DNA of 63,935 bases, counting the filler. It is 17 parts of 17 records of this genome, joined end to end, with 100 filler letters (N's around TTAATTAATTAA, not from the genome) between each part and the next. Parts side by side here need not be neighbours in the genome. Positions count along the whole stretch, not along the records: positions 10,724 to 16,648 come from SRR9670534_858; positions 16,749 to 19,110 come from SRR9670534_865; positions 19,211 to 22,411 come from SRR9670534_873; positions 22,512 to 26,037 come from SRR9670534_876; positions 26,138 to 29,435 come from SRR9670534_880; 12 more parts are not named here. One strand, written 5' to 3'. Positions 12,760 to 26,443 of this stretch are shown here, piece after piece. The notes under the pieces were generated by a model, which was not told the origin of the DNA, did not search any database, and worked only from the letters and a program-made list of their open reading frames with translations. How positions within the stretch are numbered: the stretch's first letter is position 1; every line of letters starts with the position of its first letter. Made by a program: the position numbers and the translations under genes.

Positions 12760-15700
12760 TTAAAAAGAGGCATTGTGCATCTTTGCAACTTTTTCTAAGA
12801 TTTCCTTATGACCTGCATAATAAGATACATCTGCCTTAAGATCTTGCCATCGAACACTTTTAGCATCTAAAGCTTTCAATTTGAAAGAATCCAATATATT
12901 TCCAGTTTCATCATGATAGTTAACAGCTGTGGTTTCAACCCACGCATTATCTGTGTTTCGCACATCATCCATGTATCCCTTAAAAACATTCGTTCCTCGA
13001 ACGAAAAATTTCCAAAGCTTTTTCTTTGCCCGAAGTTTGTCCTCTACTGACATCTTTTCTCCTTCACTTGTTTCATCTTGGTATAATCTTGCCTTTAGAA
13101 CTTCATAAACTTGCATATGTTTGCCTCTGAGTATCCCCTAAACACAAAATGACTCATTAATTGTTTAATAGTGACATCTCCATGCATTATGTAAATTTGA
13201 GCATATATAAATATACCTTTGAAATATTATATTAATATTAGTGATTACTAAATTATAATATCATACTATAATATTAATTATAAAAATGTTAATTATTATT
13301 AATAATGTATTAAAGGCTGTAGTTTACTGCAATAAACAATTCTCGTAAATGATAGTATACTATAATGACTATTATAATGTAATAGTACTCCAGGTAATGC
13401 TAAATCATCAGTATCAGATCTCTCCACACAAATGAACTGTAGTGTAGGTAAATGGTTATTATCGTCATAGCATATGTCACCCACAGCATTTCTTTTCCAT
13501 CGAGTGACTACTGGATCACCAGTAGAATTAGGTCCCCATCTACCCAAGTTTCCCCTTCCAATAATACCAGTTCTGCCCATTGGATTCAATGGGATGTTAT
13601 CTTTGTCTAAAAGGTATTCAGTAACCAAACTTGTTCTATCAATTTCATAAAAATCATCCATGGCATTAAATTTTAGCTCAACATCAGGTGTTTCATTTTT
13701 TATGTCTGGATCTGCCCAATCAGGTTTTTCTGTTAGGATTGTCTCGTTTGTATATTCCACAGGTGCATACTCTGGAAAATCAATTTCCCAAGGCACTTGA
13801 ATATCTGGCACATCAAATCTTTTGATTGTCATGTTATGATATGGTGATATTCTTGCTTTTGCATGATAGTAACCACTTGCTGTTTTTTGTGTTATAAATC
13901 TGTTATATTCTAAAACAAAAACACCTTTGCACATCTACCAATTAAAAATGTAATAAATATTGATTGATTGATATTATTAATTTTACCTGATGCAGGTAAA
14001 GGTTCTATTATATCTTCTTTTGTTTGCACTAAGTTTTCCGAGGGTAAGGTTATGTCCTTTAAATTTGGGAACTGGCTTGAAAGTGATTTCACCACTTCAC
14101 CAATCATGTTAAACATAAACTCATTTTGACTTTCAATTTGTTTTAAACTTTTTTCAAACTTAGCCAAGGTTGTGTTTACGTTGGCATTCTTTGTTTCATT
14201 TTCAGCATAAACTAAATGATCAACAGTTGTCGTTAATAACTGTACTTTTTCATTTGTTTCTTTAACTCTTGTTTCTGGATTGTCCTTTGCTTTAATTGCA
14301 GCAGTTCTTAAATATTCATTCAGCTGTTCATCTTCCCACATGTTTAATTTACTTGCTTCACCAGGCGTCACCTTTTGCTCTATTAATTAAACCATTTATT
14401 TATTATATTAATATTATTCATAATAACAACTTCAATAATTATTAATAATAATTTTTATAAAAATAACTACTAATTATTATAATATATATAACAATAATAA
14501 TAATAATTAATATTATTAACAATTATTAATTATTACTTAACAATTACTAAGTATTAATTAACAATAATAAGGACTTACTAAATCCTTTTCTATTAGACTG
14601 AATTATGTCAGTTTTATCTGTTAAGCAACATTTTTTTGCTATGCTATTTGCAGCCATGTATATATGTGAAAAAATCATAAAAGGTGGAGCTAGTGATGGC
14701 CTATCAAAATATTCTCTAATCAGAGAGTATCTTTGAAATTTGTAAATCTCATCGGTGTTTCCTTGAACCACTTGAAATGTATAACTGAACATGGCAATTA
14801 ACAAATTGAGCAGCAAAATATTGACACATAACATGTACATGATCAGCATGATGGTATAAATGATCTTTGATGCTGTTGGTATGTTATTGCAGGTAGCGTC
14901 AGTTTCATCACATTCAATCCATGAGTCAAGATATAGTTCACCATACATTTGCCAATATGGATAATAGAATATGTTTCTAATGGCAAGCCATGAAAGGGTA
15001 ATACTGCTTGCATCATCAAGTGAGGCATTAATCACACATTGTGTTGCCACACCAAAGGCAACTAGAAATACTAGTAAGATTGCCATGAAAAAGGCAAGAT
15101 CTTTGAGCTACAAAACATAATGTTATGCTAATTTTTATATTATTAAAAAAAGTAAATTTAAAACCATTTTGCTAATCATGACAAGTTTGGGACCAATATC
15201 CTTCATGGCTGAGAAAATATGTAATAATCTCATAAACCACACAAATATATCCAGTGAAAATAGAATTCTAAAAGCAATTCAAAAAAGTTATAAAGCTTTA
15301 ATACTTTTTACTATCTCTTAATTATTAATAATAGTAAAGATACCTTGAAGTATAGTTGCATTCAGAGCACTCATTAGCTGGTATATACTTTAATATCATA
15401 GCTATAATGAAAACAATAACTCCTGTGCAATCTAATATGTTCCAAAAATTCTGAAGATAACTGTGCAATTTTGCAGATGTACTTCTGTCCTCACTACTAG
15501 CAAACTAAAATATAGTGATATCCATAAATAATAATTGATCACAAATCCATGAATCAATGGATTGTTGAAACCTGTCGAATTTCTTCCAGTATAATGTTAA
15601 ACAGCCAAATTATTAGCAGTATATCCAAATAATCAAATGAAGTCCCATCATACAAGCCAAACAGTATTTGAAAGCTGAGTAGAACAAGAAATGCTATGTA

Positions 15701-16428
15701 AGACAGCTAAACAAAAACATCAAAACAATATTATTATTAATAACAACATTTAATGAAACAGAAGACTTACCAAGCTGTGAATGAAAATAACAAATGGAGA
15801 ACTGTAGAAGTAAATAGTTTTTTGAAATAACCGAAATGGTAGTGTTTTATTAGCTCCAACACTTTTACTTTGATCTTTTTTATTTCTACAAAATATTTAC
15901 TTTTATGAAAAATGTTTTTTAAAAAGATAAAATTTTCAATTTATCAGTACATACTGCATATACCCAGATTGATTTTCCAATAAATTAATTTTTGTTTCCC
16001 TTCTAATGTCCATTATTTTTTTCTTATTTGTGTATCTTGTAGCATTTCCTCCTTTCTTTGAACTCTTGTTTGTTTTCTTCATAACATTATAGTCCAGAAG
16101 ATTTGTTGGTACAAGAAATGGAATAAGAACACATGCCAGAATCTAAATAATTAAAGAATTATTTATTTTTTCCTATTCAGCCATTGAGGTGCGACATCTA
16201 ACCATAAGTGTGCTGTTGCTAGCTGCCAAGTTGCCATACCAAATATTAGTCAACAAACTCTGGGTGGCAGCATGAGCCATAAATTTACTGTCATCACGCT
16301 CAACCGCTAATCTTAAACAGGTGGACATCCCAAATTCCTCTAATTCTCGAACTAATAACTTCTGTACCCTTTTATGGTCTTCTTCATGGCATTGATCCAA
16401 CACGCCATAAGCCAAATCGCCAAATATG
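12760..16428 (-). CDS. TRPM2: TRPM2-like channel with C-terminal NUDT9-H domain, 5' truncated
   Basis: LLVRELEEFGMSTCLRLA..WYG; pore PYWQMYGEL; NILLLNLLIAMF; TRP box YKFQR; NUDT9-H motifs PLNPMGRTGIIGRGNLGRWGPN and GYMDDVRNTDNAWVET. Confidence 0.93.
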
Positions 16429-17246
16429 CTATTATTCATAATTTTTATTACTAATAATGCAAATGTTTTATTTTAAATATTACCAACAATTTGTTGTTCT
16501 ATTAGGCCTATACTATGAATGTGAAATGTAAAACCTTACATTATTAGCTATATTGTTATTATTAAATATTAGTTATTAATAATAATAGAGTTAAGGTCAC
16601 TTTCTGGTAGACAACTAAGACCTAAACATGTCCCAAAACATATTAGATNNNNNNNNNNNNNNNNNNNNNNNNNNNNNNNNNNNNNNNNNNNNTTAATTAA
16701 TTAANNNNNNNNNNNNNNNNNNNNNNNNNNNNNNNNNNNNNNNNNNNNTAATAATAATAATAGTAATAATAATAATAAGAATAATAATAAATAATACATA
16801 ATAACAATAATAGTGTTATTATTTTTGTCATTTTTATTGCAAGACAGGTACAATAAAAGAATAAAAGTTTGTTGATTTAGGCTAACTAATCTTCAAATAT
16901 TGTTATTGTTTATTTCTGCTGTAAGCTTTTTATTTTATAAACATAAGCTATAAGCTCTCTTACATATACATTTTGAATAGGTCTAATATGCAATATTTGA
17001 CAATTAGCCAATCAAGTACCTATCGTTTATTCGATAAGTCAATTCAAAAATCTAATAAAAATGCTAAGGTTCCTAAACATAATTTAACATAGGTAATTAC
17101 GATCCCAATACTAATTATACCTCATATAATATTTATTATTATTAATAAGTAATTGATTAGTGATCACAATATTGAAGTTATATTGCAAAATTCACACCTA
17201 TAGGTAGATTCATTGAAAAATTGAAATGTACAATAGTAGAACTTAC

Positions 17247-18785
17247 ATTTGGATTTTTGTTATGAAGATCAGCTTGACCTTGCAAACTCCATTCGATGTA
17301 CTTCTCTTCTTTTCTTGAAATTCTTTTGCATTTTGTTGGTGTGTCGGAGACTATGAGGAACCAACAAATACACCAAATAACACCAAAACCCCCAAAGATA
17401 TAGAAAATTGATGGCCATCCACCAGCAAATCCATACTTACACAAAAGTCCAGAAATTGGCATAGTTATAACATTACCAATTTGAGATCCTATAGTAAAAT
17501 ATAATAATGTAGCATCTCAAATGACATTGAACACAATATTCTACCATAAGCATGAGTGTGCTAAATATTATTATTAATAATAATAATATTGTCGTATATT
17601 TATTTAGGCCTATAATCATTATATGATAGCTTTCAATCGATTAAAAATAATTAAAAGCAAACCGGCATAAGTAATTCCTGTTAGGGTTGTTCTTTCAAGA
17701 GGAGGAGCCCAATGTGCCCACATACTGTGCATAGAGGGATAAGCCACACCCTGCAATTAGTGTTATTAATAAAAATTTTAAAAAAACTATTAATTATTAA
17801 TAATAATTAATATCTTTTATTCTACCAACCTCTCCTATGCCTTGGATAATCCTCAAAACAATTAAAAATGCATAGTGAACACTTGCACCAAGAGGACAAA
17901 ATAAAGTTGAAATAGCCGTTGCCAACATGAATCCACCATAAACCCTTTTACCACCAAATCTGTCTGCTAACCAACCACCAGGTATTTGAGTTATTAAGTA
18001 TCCCCAGAAGAAGGATCCTAAAATTAGGCCTTGAATATTTTTGGGCCAGGCATATTCTCCATCTTCCTACATTGTTTTGCTTTTTAAATTATTCTATTAT
18101 CATAATCAATAATTACTTAGTAGGTATAGATTTTAATTCATAGATGTAATGCTGCAAAGGTGTCATCAATTTATTGCTAGATATTACAGTATTAGTATTA
18201 CAATTGTTGATCATTGATATTTATTATATGCTATTATATTTGTGTAGATATAGATATGATATTTTGTAAAGGCAGTTATTTTATAAATATTTTTATGGGC
18301 CTATAATGTTTTTCATTAGAATGACTTTGTTTGTAATAAGTACAGTACATTTGTAATTTGTAAAAAACTATTGTGAATATTTTTGCATATTCATAACAAA
18401 TCTAAAACCATACCTTATCCTCCACATACGATACATTCTGGCCACTAAAATCTTGATTATCGGTCCGTCCATTTGGACATTCCAAAGTGTCGTCTTTTGT
18501 CACATTAAAATCTTCTGGTGCATGAACAGCTGTATGGTTTACCATGCAAACCATTGCAACACTTAAATTCACTCTCTGGGCGTACAAATTTACAAATCCA
18601 CAAAATCCAAGAAATGCCAATAAACTTCTTTGAGAGCATAGTAATCTTGCTAAAATTACATGAAATTAGAAAGTATGATATACTCATGTTATACATTTTC
18701 GGGTGCTGTCCTGAGATCTGAAGGAAAAATGTCTTGAAGCATTAAGAGAAATGTTAATGCTGTTCTTGCTGACAGTCAGCGTCAT
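17247..18785 (-). CDS. SLC17A: SLC17 (sialin/VGLUT-like) MFS transporter, 3' truncated
   Basis: [49 protein letters not shown] and [11 protein letters not shown]. Confidence 0.92.
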
Positions 18786-19210
18786 CTTTGAGAAAAGTGG
18801 AACAAGTGTGTGAACATGCTGACGTTCTCAACTTATATAGAATTTATGTTACAACATTATCAGTTATAGATAACGCCATGTGAATATTTTTCACATAAAC
18901 TAATTGTATCATGTATCACACCACTTGTGCTTGCTACTATCAGATGTATATCATATGGTCTATAAATATATGTAGCTAAAGGATTATTACTATAGTAGAT
19001 TATTACTATTATTACTATTATAATAAGGCGAAAAGTTCAAATGATTTACCTTTTGGACTGTCGTTATTATTGTTACAACAAATTCGCTCATTTCACGAAT
19101 TTGTTGTATCNNNNNNNNNNNNNNNNNNNNNNNNNNNNNNNNNNNNNNNNNNNNTTAATTAATTAANNNNNNNNNNNNNNNNNNNNNNNNNNNNNNNNNN
19201 NNNNNNNNNN

Positions 19211-19333
19211 GGGGGGGTCAAAATTTTCCCAATCACCTTGAAACTTTTCAGATGTTATTTTTTCAGGAATTTCCATCATATGCTAGGGGTGCAGCTTAAA
19301 AGTCCAAATCTTGGATTTTTGAACAACCCTAAT
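19211..19333. mobile_element. End of a hAT-like element (TAGGGTTGTTCAA terminus)
   Basis: tttgaacaaccctaat near the contig start. The same word occurs at 37589-37603 and 51570-51587, with a variant at 46011-46026. Confidence 0.5.
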
Positions 19334-19740
19334 GCTCATAACTCAATAAGGGTAAGGTTTTATGGCGATATCTACATGCTACTGGTCCAGTAGTACTAAA
19401 TAGCCATTCTCTTTCCTTTCATCTATGGGACTGAAATGCGGCATCTATTTCCTATACTTTTTGTAAATACAGGATTAATGACATGTGCTCAAGCTTTTGA
19501 TATTTGTTATATAATTATGGACAATATAATTAATAATAATAATATGCTTTATTTTATTATAATAGTCATCAATAAATAATATTTTGTTATTACTAATAAT
19601 AATTATATTTTAATAATATCATCAACCCAAAAAATAACTTTACATGTTTTCGAAAACATCAAAAAAAGAACAAAAATCTTATTAAATAAGCTTAAATGAG
19701 GTTAGTAACAAGATAACAACAAAAAATGATGATGTCATCA

Positions 19741-22256
19741 TCAAGACACAGCACAAATTCCATCGTGAGGCGCATCAATGTTATTTTCAAGTAAACATTC
19801 AATAACAGCTTTTGCAAGGTAACTAGTGGTTCCATGCTTACTGTATGGGGAAGAATTGTAGAAATTCTTCCAAGCAATCGATTCGTTCTGGTTATTTGTC
19901 CTTACTTCTTCCCGATATTTGGCAAATGCTGAGTGAACGATCTAAAATCAATCAATCAATAATTTTAATCAATAAATATTTGATCAATAGTTATTAGTGT
20001 AGAATCCTCTTATAGTCACCATACTCATAGTCATGAGACTGGTATAGTCATCATACAATATGATTACATTGCTATTATAATATATATTAGCCCGCTTATA
20101 GTCACATTCAAAAAAACAAGTTTTCTCATGACTATAAGCGGATTATAATGTATAAAACTATCTTGTTCATAACCATTGTTATTACAATATACATGAACCC
20201 GTTTACAGTCATGACCCGCTTATAGTCACGTTCAAGGAGAAAAGTTTTTGTATGACTATAAGCAGGTTCTACTGTATAAAACTATCTTGTACATGTGCAT
20301 TGCTATTGCAATTGCAATATATATCAACCCGTTTATAAGCACGAACCGCTTATAGTCACGGTAAAGTGACCAAGTTTTTGTGACTATAACCGTGTTATAT
20401 TGTTATTACAATAAATTTCAAGCCGTTTATATCCATGACCCGCCTATAGTCAAGTTATTTTGGTGACTATAAGCGAGTATTACCGTATAATAGTAAAACT
20501 ACCTTGTCCATGTCCACATCATGGGCAAATCTAAGTTCTGGATTTCTCCTCAAGATGGTGGCAACAACCATAAAAGCTTCCACCACAATTTGCCTATATT
20601 CTGGATGTGAAATCTTGCTCAACAATTGTTCAACAACCATTGAAAAATTTAGTTCATATCGAGTCATGTCAGAAAGCGTTGGTTGCTAATTAACATAAAT
20701 TAGCATAAATTACAAGTATTATTATTAGTTACCTGTTGAAGGTGAACACTAGCAGTTCTGATGCCCCCAGGGGTAATTTCTAATATTTCCCATATTTTGG
20801 CATAAAAATCTCTGGGGACTCTGTTTAGGGCGCCATCTATTTGTCTTATTTGAAATGGGGTTCTAAAGATTAAATTTAATTTAAAGAATGTTTAAATTTA
20901 AAAAATTTAAATAATTATTATAACCTTGTGACATTTGCCTTTTTTAAGATTTTGTCAATTGTGGTGCCATGAGTGTCCAAACCCCCAAGTTCTGAGAAAC
21001 TTCCAGAGCTCGGGATGCTGGAGTGGGTGACATTAATCAAACGGGGGTTCTGAAGAGGTGTGGAGGCCACATTAATTCTGGTTGATCCAGATACAGGTGC
21101 AAGAACAGCATTGGATCTGCTGGGACCTACTTTGCTTACCGTCAGAACCCTAAATAGTAGATCTTGGATTGCACTTGGAGACAGGGTGTAAATGTTCTAA
21201 AAATAGAACAAATTAAAATCTTTAAAATTAATCGAAATTTTATAATAATATAAATCAGCAGGGCATCAGATTCAAATATTCGTAAGATGTGTTTTAAAAT
21301 TTTTGCTCAAAATAAAGATATCAAGGGCATTTTCATTGAAATTTGGGATGGGGAAGTGGGAGAACATCGAAATTTGGGATGGGGATGGGGGAACACTAAA
21401 ATTTGGAAATTTTTCCCTTTCACAAGTGGAGAAACATTGAAATTTGGGATAGGGATGTGGGGGACCACTAAAAGATGGAAAAGTTTCCCTTTTATAAGCG
21501 GGGGAACATTGAAATATGGATGGGGAGGTAGGGCAACACTACATTTCTCCCTTCAGCTAATCATTAGTAATGGGGCCCCATATTCAAATTTTCTTCAGAG
21601 ATGAACTTTGGAACATATAGTAGCAAGTTCATTTTCATAAAAAGATGTCTCTATTGTGAGGGAGAATCCCCCTCTCTCCTGTCAATCTGAAGCCCAGCCA
21701 GGTTTTAAATATTAATAAACAATACCTCTTCATAACCACTAAATTCCAATTCCAGCTTCATTGCATGCACAAACCACCCCATCCTCAACTTCAAGATTCC
21801 ATCAAATAATTGGGAGTGTCTTGAAATGTATTTGGCGCTGGCCAAAATCAGCTCTTGCTGCAAAACAGCTTGGCATATCGAATGGGGTTTACAAAGGTTA
21901 TACAAACACCCCTTCAATTCATTTGGATTTATAGGTCTATCAATATGGATTTCATGATGCCCAAACACCCCCAGGGTTAAATTTCTACCCATCACCAAGA
22001 TGGCGGTAACACTGGGGGCCAAACTATCCACCAGCTTCCCCAACATACTCGATGTATATCTGACAACAAACCAATTTCTCGAAAGACAAGCTTCATTGTA
22101 AATTTGTTGTAATATAGCAGAAGTTGTGGCGCCATCTATGCAATAATTGGGGCCTTCACGTTCATACAGGATTGAGCAAAGTTGACTTTTACCATATAAG
22201 GTTACAGTATGTCGGTATCTTTCCAAGATTTCCCCAGTTGATCGGTGACGATATTG
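19741..22256 (-). CDS. PHKB: Phosphorylase b kinase regulatory subunit beta, C-terminal part
   Basis: [43 protein letters not shown] and [10 protein letters not shown]. It ends in the CaaX box CAVS*. Confidence 0.93.
19996..20488. mobile_element. Nested pogo/Tigger-like MITEs in a PHKB intron
   Basis: Repeated ccgcttatagtcac and its inverse gtgactataagcgg. The terminus reverse-complements to TA-CAGTAGAACCTGCTTATAGTC at 20254-20276. Confidence 0.75.
21259..21697. mobile_element. hAT-like MITE in a PHKB intron
   Basis: TIRs cagggcatcagatt / aatctgaagcccag (12 of 14 match), internal gaaatttgggat.ggga repeats, and higher GC than the flanks. No TSD seen. Confidence 0.6.
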
Positions 22257-22511
22257 CTAAAAAGTACATTTAAAGTCGTGGCCAAATTAAATGGTCACAT
22301 TTCCATGCTATCCTATGCAAATGTATTGATTATGATGTGGCCGCAGCCACTGGGCAACATAATTAGCCACTTTTCCCATGTTATGACAAGGCGGCCGTTA
22401 TGAATTGGCCANNNNNNNNNNNNNNNNNNNNNNNNNNNNNNNNNNNNNNNNNNNNTTAATTAATTAANNNNNNNNNNNNNNNNNNNNNNNNNNNNNNNNN
22501 NNNNNNNNNNN

Positions 22512-25470
22512 TTTTTTTCCTTTGATGTTGATTTGCTTGTTCTTGCTTCTGGGACTGCTATTTTGCAAAGTAGCATTAGGTATACCCACTCTGTTTCCTT
22601 TAATATATCTATATAGGTTATTAATAATAATAAAATCATACAAACATATAACTAGCTTTACTGGAAAAGATGTTGAAGAAGGTTGGTCTGGATGAAGAAA
22701 GATGCAATCAAATGGCAGAAGCTTTTGATGGTATAAACAGCGCGAAAACTTACGTTATGAATGCAACTAAACAAGCAATGGCAGCTGCTCAAGTTTCAGT
22801 TATGGTTGAGGTACCTATTTAATTTTTTAATTACCTTCATCTTACTATATTTGAAGGAATATTATTATTATTATTAAAAATGATGAATCATTTTGGATTT
22901 AGTATATTGTTTAGCATTGTTTAGATTTTACTAATTGTACATTATTAATTAATATTTATTATGATCATTACATTAATAACAAAGATAAAACTATAACTAC
23001 TATTATCTGACTAACAATTACTTGAACTTGTCAAATATTAATAATATTTAATAGTTATTAATACAGATTAGAATTATTATTAATAATAACTTACTATTAA
23101 TAAATGTAAATACTATCATTATCTCTTATTAAATATTATTTATTATCTATAAAGCACAATTGTATGATACAATTTGTATGTAATAATTATTAATGCAGTT
23201 GTAATTAATAATAATGCAAAGTAACTTATGCTCTTATAGTTACTAAATAATTGTATTTTAGTATAAAGCACCAGATATACCAGCAATTCATCCTCCGAAT
23301 TTAATAAAAGTTAGTATGAGATGGGTTATTGTTGTTGTCAGAATTGCCGTTAAAATCATTCGGTCTATGGTAGATATCATTGTTATAATCAGCTTTCTTA
23401 TGAGTCTCAAGAAGTTAGTTTTTCTATTTGACAAACTCGATGATTTTTTTATTATGAATAAACACTCGTCTTTTTCAGGACTTTGAAATATATGCGTAAA
23501 TATTTTTATGATGATTGGTGGGACAATAGATATTTATCTGGGTACTGGCATAAAATTGAATGGCGTAGAGTAGCCTTGGTAACAACTCTCCAGTTTCGCA
23601 ATAAGCACTACTAATTGCGACATCTTTTAGGGAAAATCTCACTTGTTGCCAATCAGGTCAATGGAAAGAAAGCAAGTTACACAGGAACATTCATTATTCA
23701 ATCCTAGACTTATGAAAAGTAATAAATGGGTTTTCAAAAAAAATGTTATAAAAGGACTTTGGTTTCCAAAGTTCAGGTTAAAACCAGAAGAAAAAAAGAA
23801 AATTGTACCTTTATCATCATTACTAATATATTAAATATAATTATTTATAATTATATCAAATTTTTATATATTTTTTGTAAGCACTATCATACGTTTATAT
23901 ATAGTTATTATTGTTATTAGATAGCCACTTGGGTAATGGTAACAGCTCAATGCATTCATATTGTTATCATTTGTGTTTTGGACTGGATTATTAGCTATAT
24001 ATTTACATTAGTGAGGGATCATGGATTTGTATCCTATACACAAGAAATGGATATAAAGTTTGAGCACACAACATATGGAATAGGTGTTATATATCAACTC
24101 ACAAGAAAAATGCTAGACAAATTCGTACAAGACAGACATATAGAAGCCAATTTCACTAATGCGGGTAACAAACATTATTGAATATTTCTTGCATTTATTA
24201 ACGCAATCAGTTTTAACATGTTTAATTAATAACAAAATTTAAATGTAACAAGTTAAAATTTAGTATTTTACTATTGTTTAGTTTGGTGCATATTATATGG
24301 CTAAAATTTCAGACAACTGCATGTAGACGTCAATTACCCTTGTATTCTTTAGCTTGTCTCCCTGAACCTAGATATATGGAAACAAGATATTACTGGATTA
24401 TGTTCTATCTGTATCTGACTCTATTAATGATCACATACCTGAAGTTTATAACTCAGCGTATGCATCACAAGTTATGCGCCTATTTTCATCCTGCAGTAAG
24501 AATTTCAAAATACTGTAATAATTATTAGTAGCAATTAAAACAATAATTTACATCCAATCAAAATGCAAATTATAGCGAGATAAAGAAAGACTGTTGAAGC
24601 TTTATAATTTCATGTTGAGAACAAGGACATTTTATCAACATGAAAGAGCTTCAAAATTGCAAATGTTAAGGTATTTGCAAGCTCAAAGGGGGTTAATTAG
24701 ATCGCCTCATGATCAAAAGGTAAGTTACATAATTATTTAATAATATTATTTTTATTAATAACTCAAATTAACAATATTTTCTTACCTTTGTTTGCACGTA
24801 GGAAAAGCCACTTTTCATCAAAAAACTTAAGTACAATCTTGGTTTATGCAGTGTTTTCTTGTTTGGGAAGAAAAAGTTGATTTGCTGCATCTGTGGCTTA
24901 AAGGGCAGTCCAAAATGTCAAGAAACCCTTTGCAATAATTGCATGTATGCCTTCTGCGAATTCTGTCTGGAAGAATTGTTACCTGAGGGAAATCATGTTG
25001 CTATGCCATGTCCAGTATGTAACCCCTACTATGAAGGTCCACCTGTATTCCCTGAGCTTGACAAGGAAAAACAGCAGAAAGAGGGAGGTGGGGGAGAAGA
25101 AGAGGAAGGAAAACCTGAGGAAGAGATTGAGTTTGAGGAAACTGCTAGTGAAAAGGAAAAAGCACAGAAAAAAGAGGAGCAAAAAAAGAAGGAGCATGAG
25201 CCAGCAAAAGGTAAGAAGAAACCTAAGGAAAAAAAGAAGAAAAAAGGGAAGGACAAGAAGAAAAAGGAACAAGACAAAAAGAAAAAGGGAAAGGGCGATA
25301 AGAAGAAAAAGGGGAAGGACGATAAAAAGAAGAAGGGGAAAGACGATAAAAAGGAAAAGGGGAAAGACAATAAAAAGAAAAAAGGCAGAAAAGGGAAGGT
25401 ACAATTGGACACTAAGGGTAAAAAGAGATACAAGAGTCCAAAACGCAAAAGGAAAGCAACGGGAGACTAA
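22512..25470 (+). CDS. DCST1: DC-STAMP-domain protein of the DCST1/Sneaky/SPE-49 type, 5' truncated
   Basis: Spliced YMRKYFYDDWWDNRYLSGYWHKIEWRRVAL|GKSHLLPIR; NFTNA|ACLPEP..RMHHKLCAYFHPA|RDKERLLKLYN; and a C-terminal Cys-rich finger CCICG..C..C..C..CEFC..CPVC. Confidence 0.85.
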
Positions 25471-26443
25471 AATAAGACCAAAAAGAAGACTAGAACGGGA
25501 TAACCTATACATCTATTATTTATTGGTTAGTAATAGTAATATTTTCATACTTTGATAACTGATTTCGGCAATTGATAATCTTCATTGTTGTATCTTGTAA
25601 ATATTGAATAAAGATTTAAGAATAATTATTATGTTATTGGTAGTATACAACTAGTAATTATTAAGGTACATCATTTAATAATTATAATTAGTAGTACATT
25701 GGAAATAACCCACATAGTTATCTATTAATTAATAATAATACCTGCCATTATAATCAATAGACATACAGTGTACAATGTATAGGCATAGGGATAATACCTA
25801 GCCAAAAATACATATAATTAGTTTAATTTCTGTTAATAAGTTTACAAGTTAATATTTCAATATGCTTAATACTGTAATAATTTTAGTAACTAATTATTAC
25901 ATAATTATCACATATTGTAATAATTACATATTTTAGTAACATTTACTTTACTGTTATTTAGCTAGCCTTTATTTTTACTAATAATAGTAACAAATCCTTA
26001 TATTAATAATAAGAAGATATGCTAAAGAGTTACACTTNNNNNNNNNNNNNNNNNNNNNNNNNNNNNNNNNNNNNNNNNNNNTTAATTAATTAANNNNNNN
26101 NNNNNNNNNNNNNNNNNNNNNNNNNNNNNNNNNNNNNCCCTTTAATTTATGACATCATCACTTGTGCAACTGGCACTTACCAAGTGCCTCATTAATATGC
26201 ACAAAATAATCCCTTCCTAACATGTGGCTGTCATTAATGGTGGAGCAGGCATAATATACCTACTCAATTAGTAGTGTTTAATTAAGCACTTAGCTTCACC
26301 ATCCTAAGATTAATGATAGTATTTATCAATAGTTTTTTAATAAAATTGTTATTATTAATTGTAAGCATATCAATGATATTTATTAACATATTTTTAATTT
26401 TTAATAAGTATATTAAGTACATATGAGTTTTGGCTATATTTAG

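Noticed and set aside
15268-15343. GTATCTTT donors (here and near 51690) as possible U12 introns
   Set aside because: They do not match GTATCCTT, and there is no CCTTAAC branch point near the acceptors.
19996-20488. CRISPR-like repeat/spacer look of the ccgcttatagtcac units
   Set aside because: The units occur in both orientations with irregular spacing, lie in a spliceosomal intron, have a pogo-type terminus, and there are no cas genes.
21287-21604. 105-aa Gly/Trp-rich antisense ORF in a PHKB intron
   Set aside because: It is a translation of MITE internal repeats, not a convincing nested gene.
24947-25555. Three long overlapping ORFs
   Set aside because: They are shadow frames of the purine-rich Lys repeat of the DCST1-like gene.
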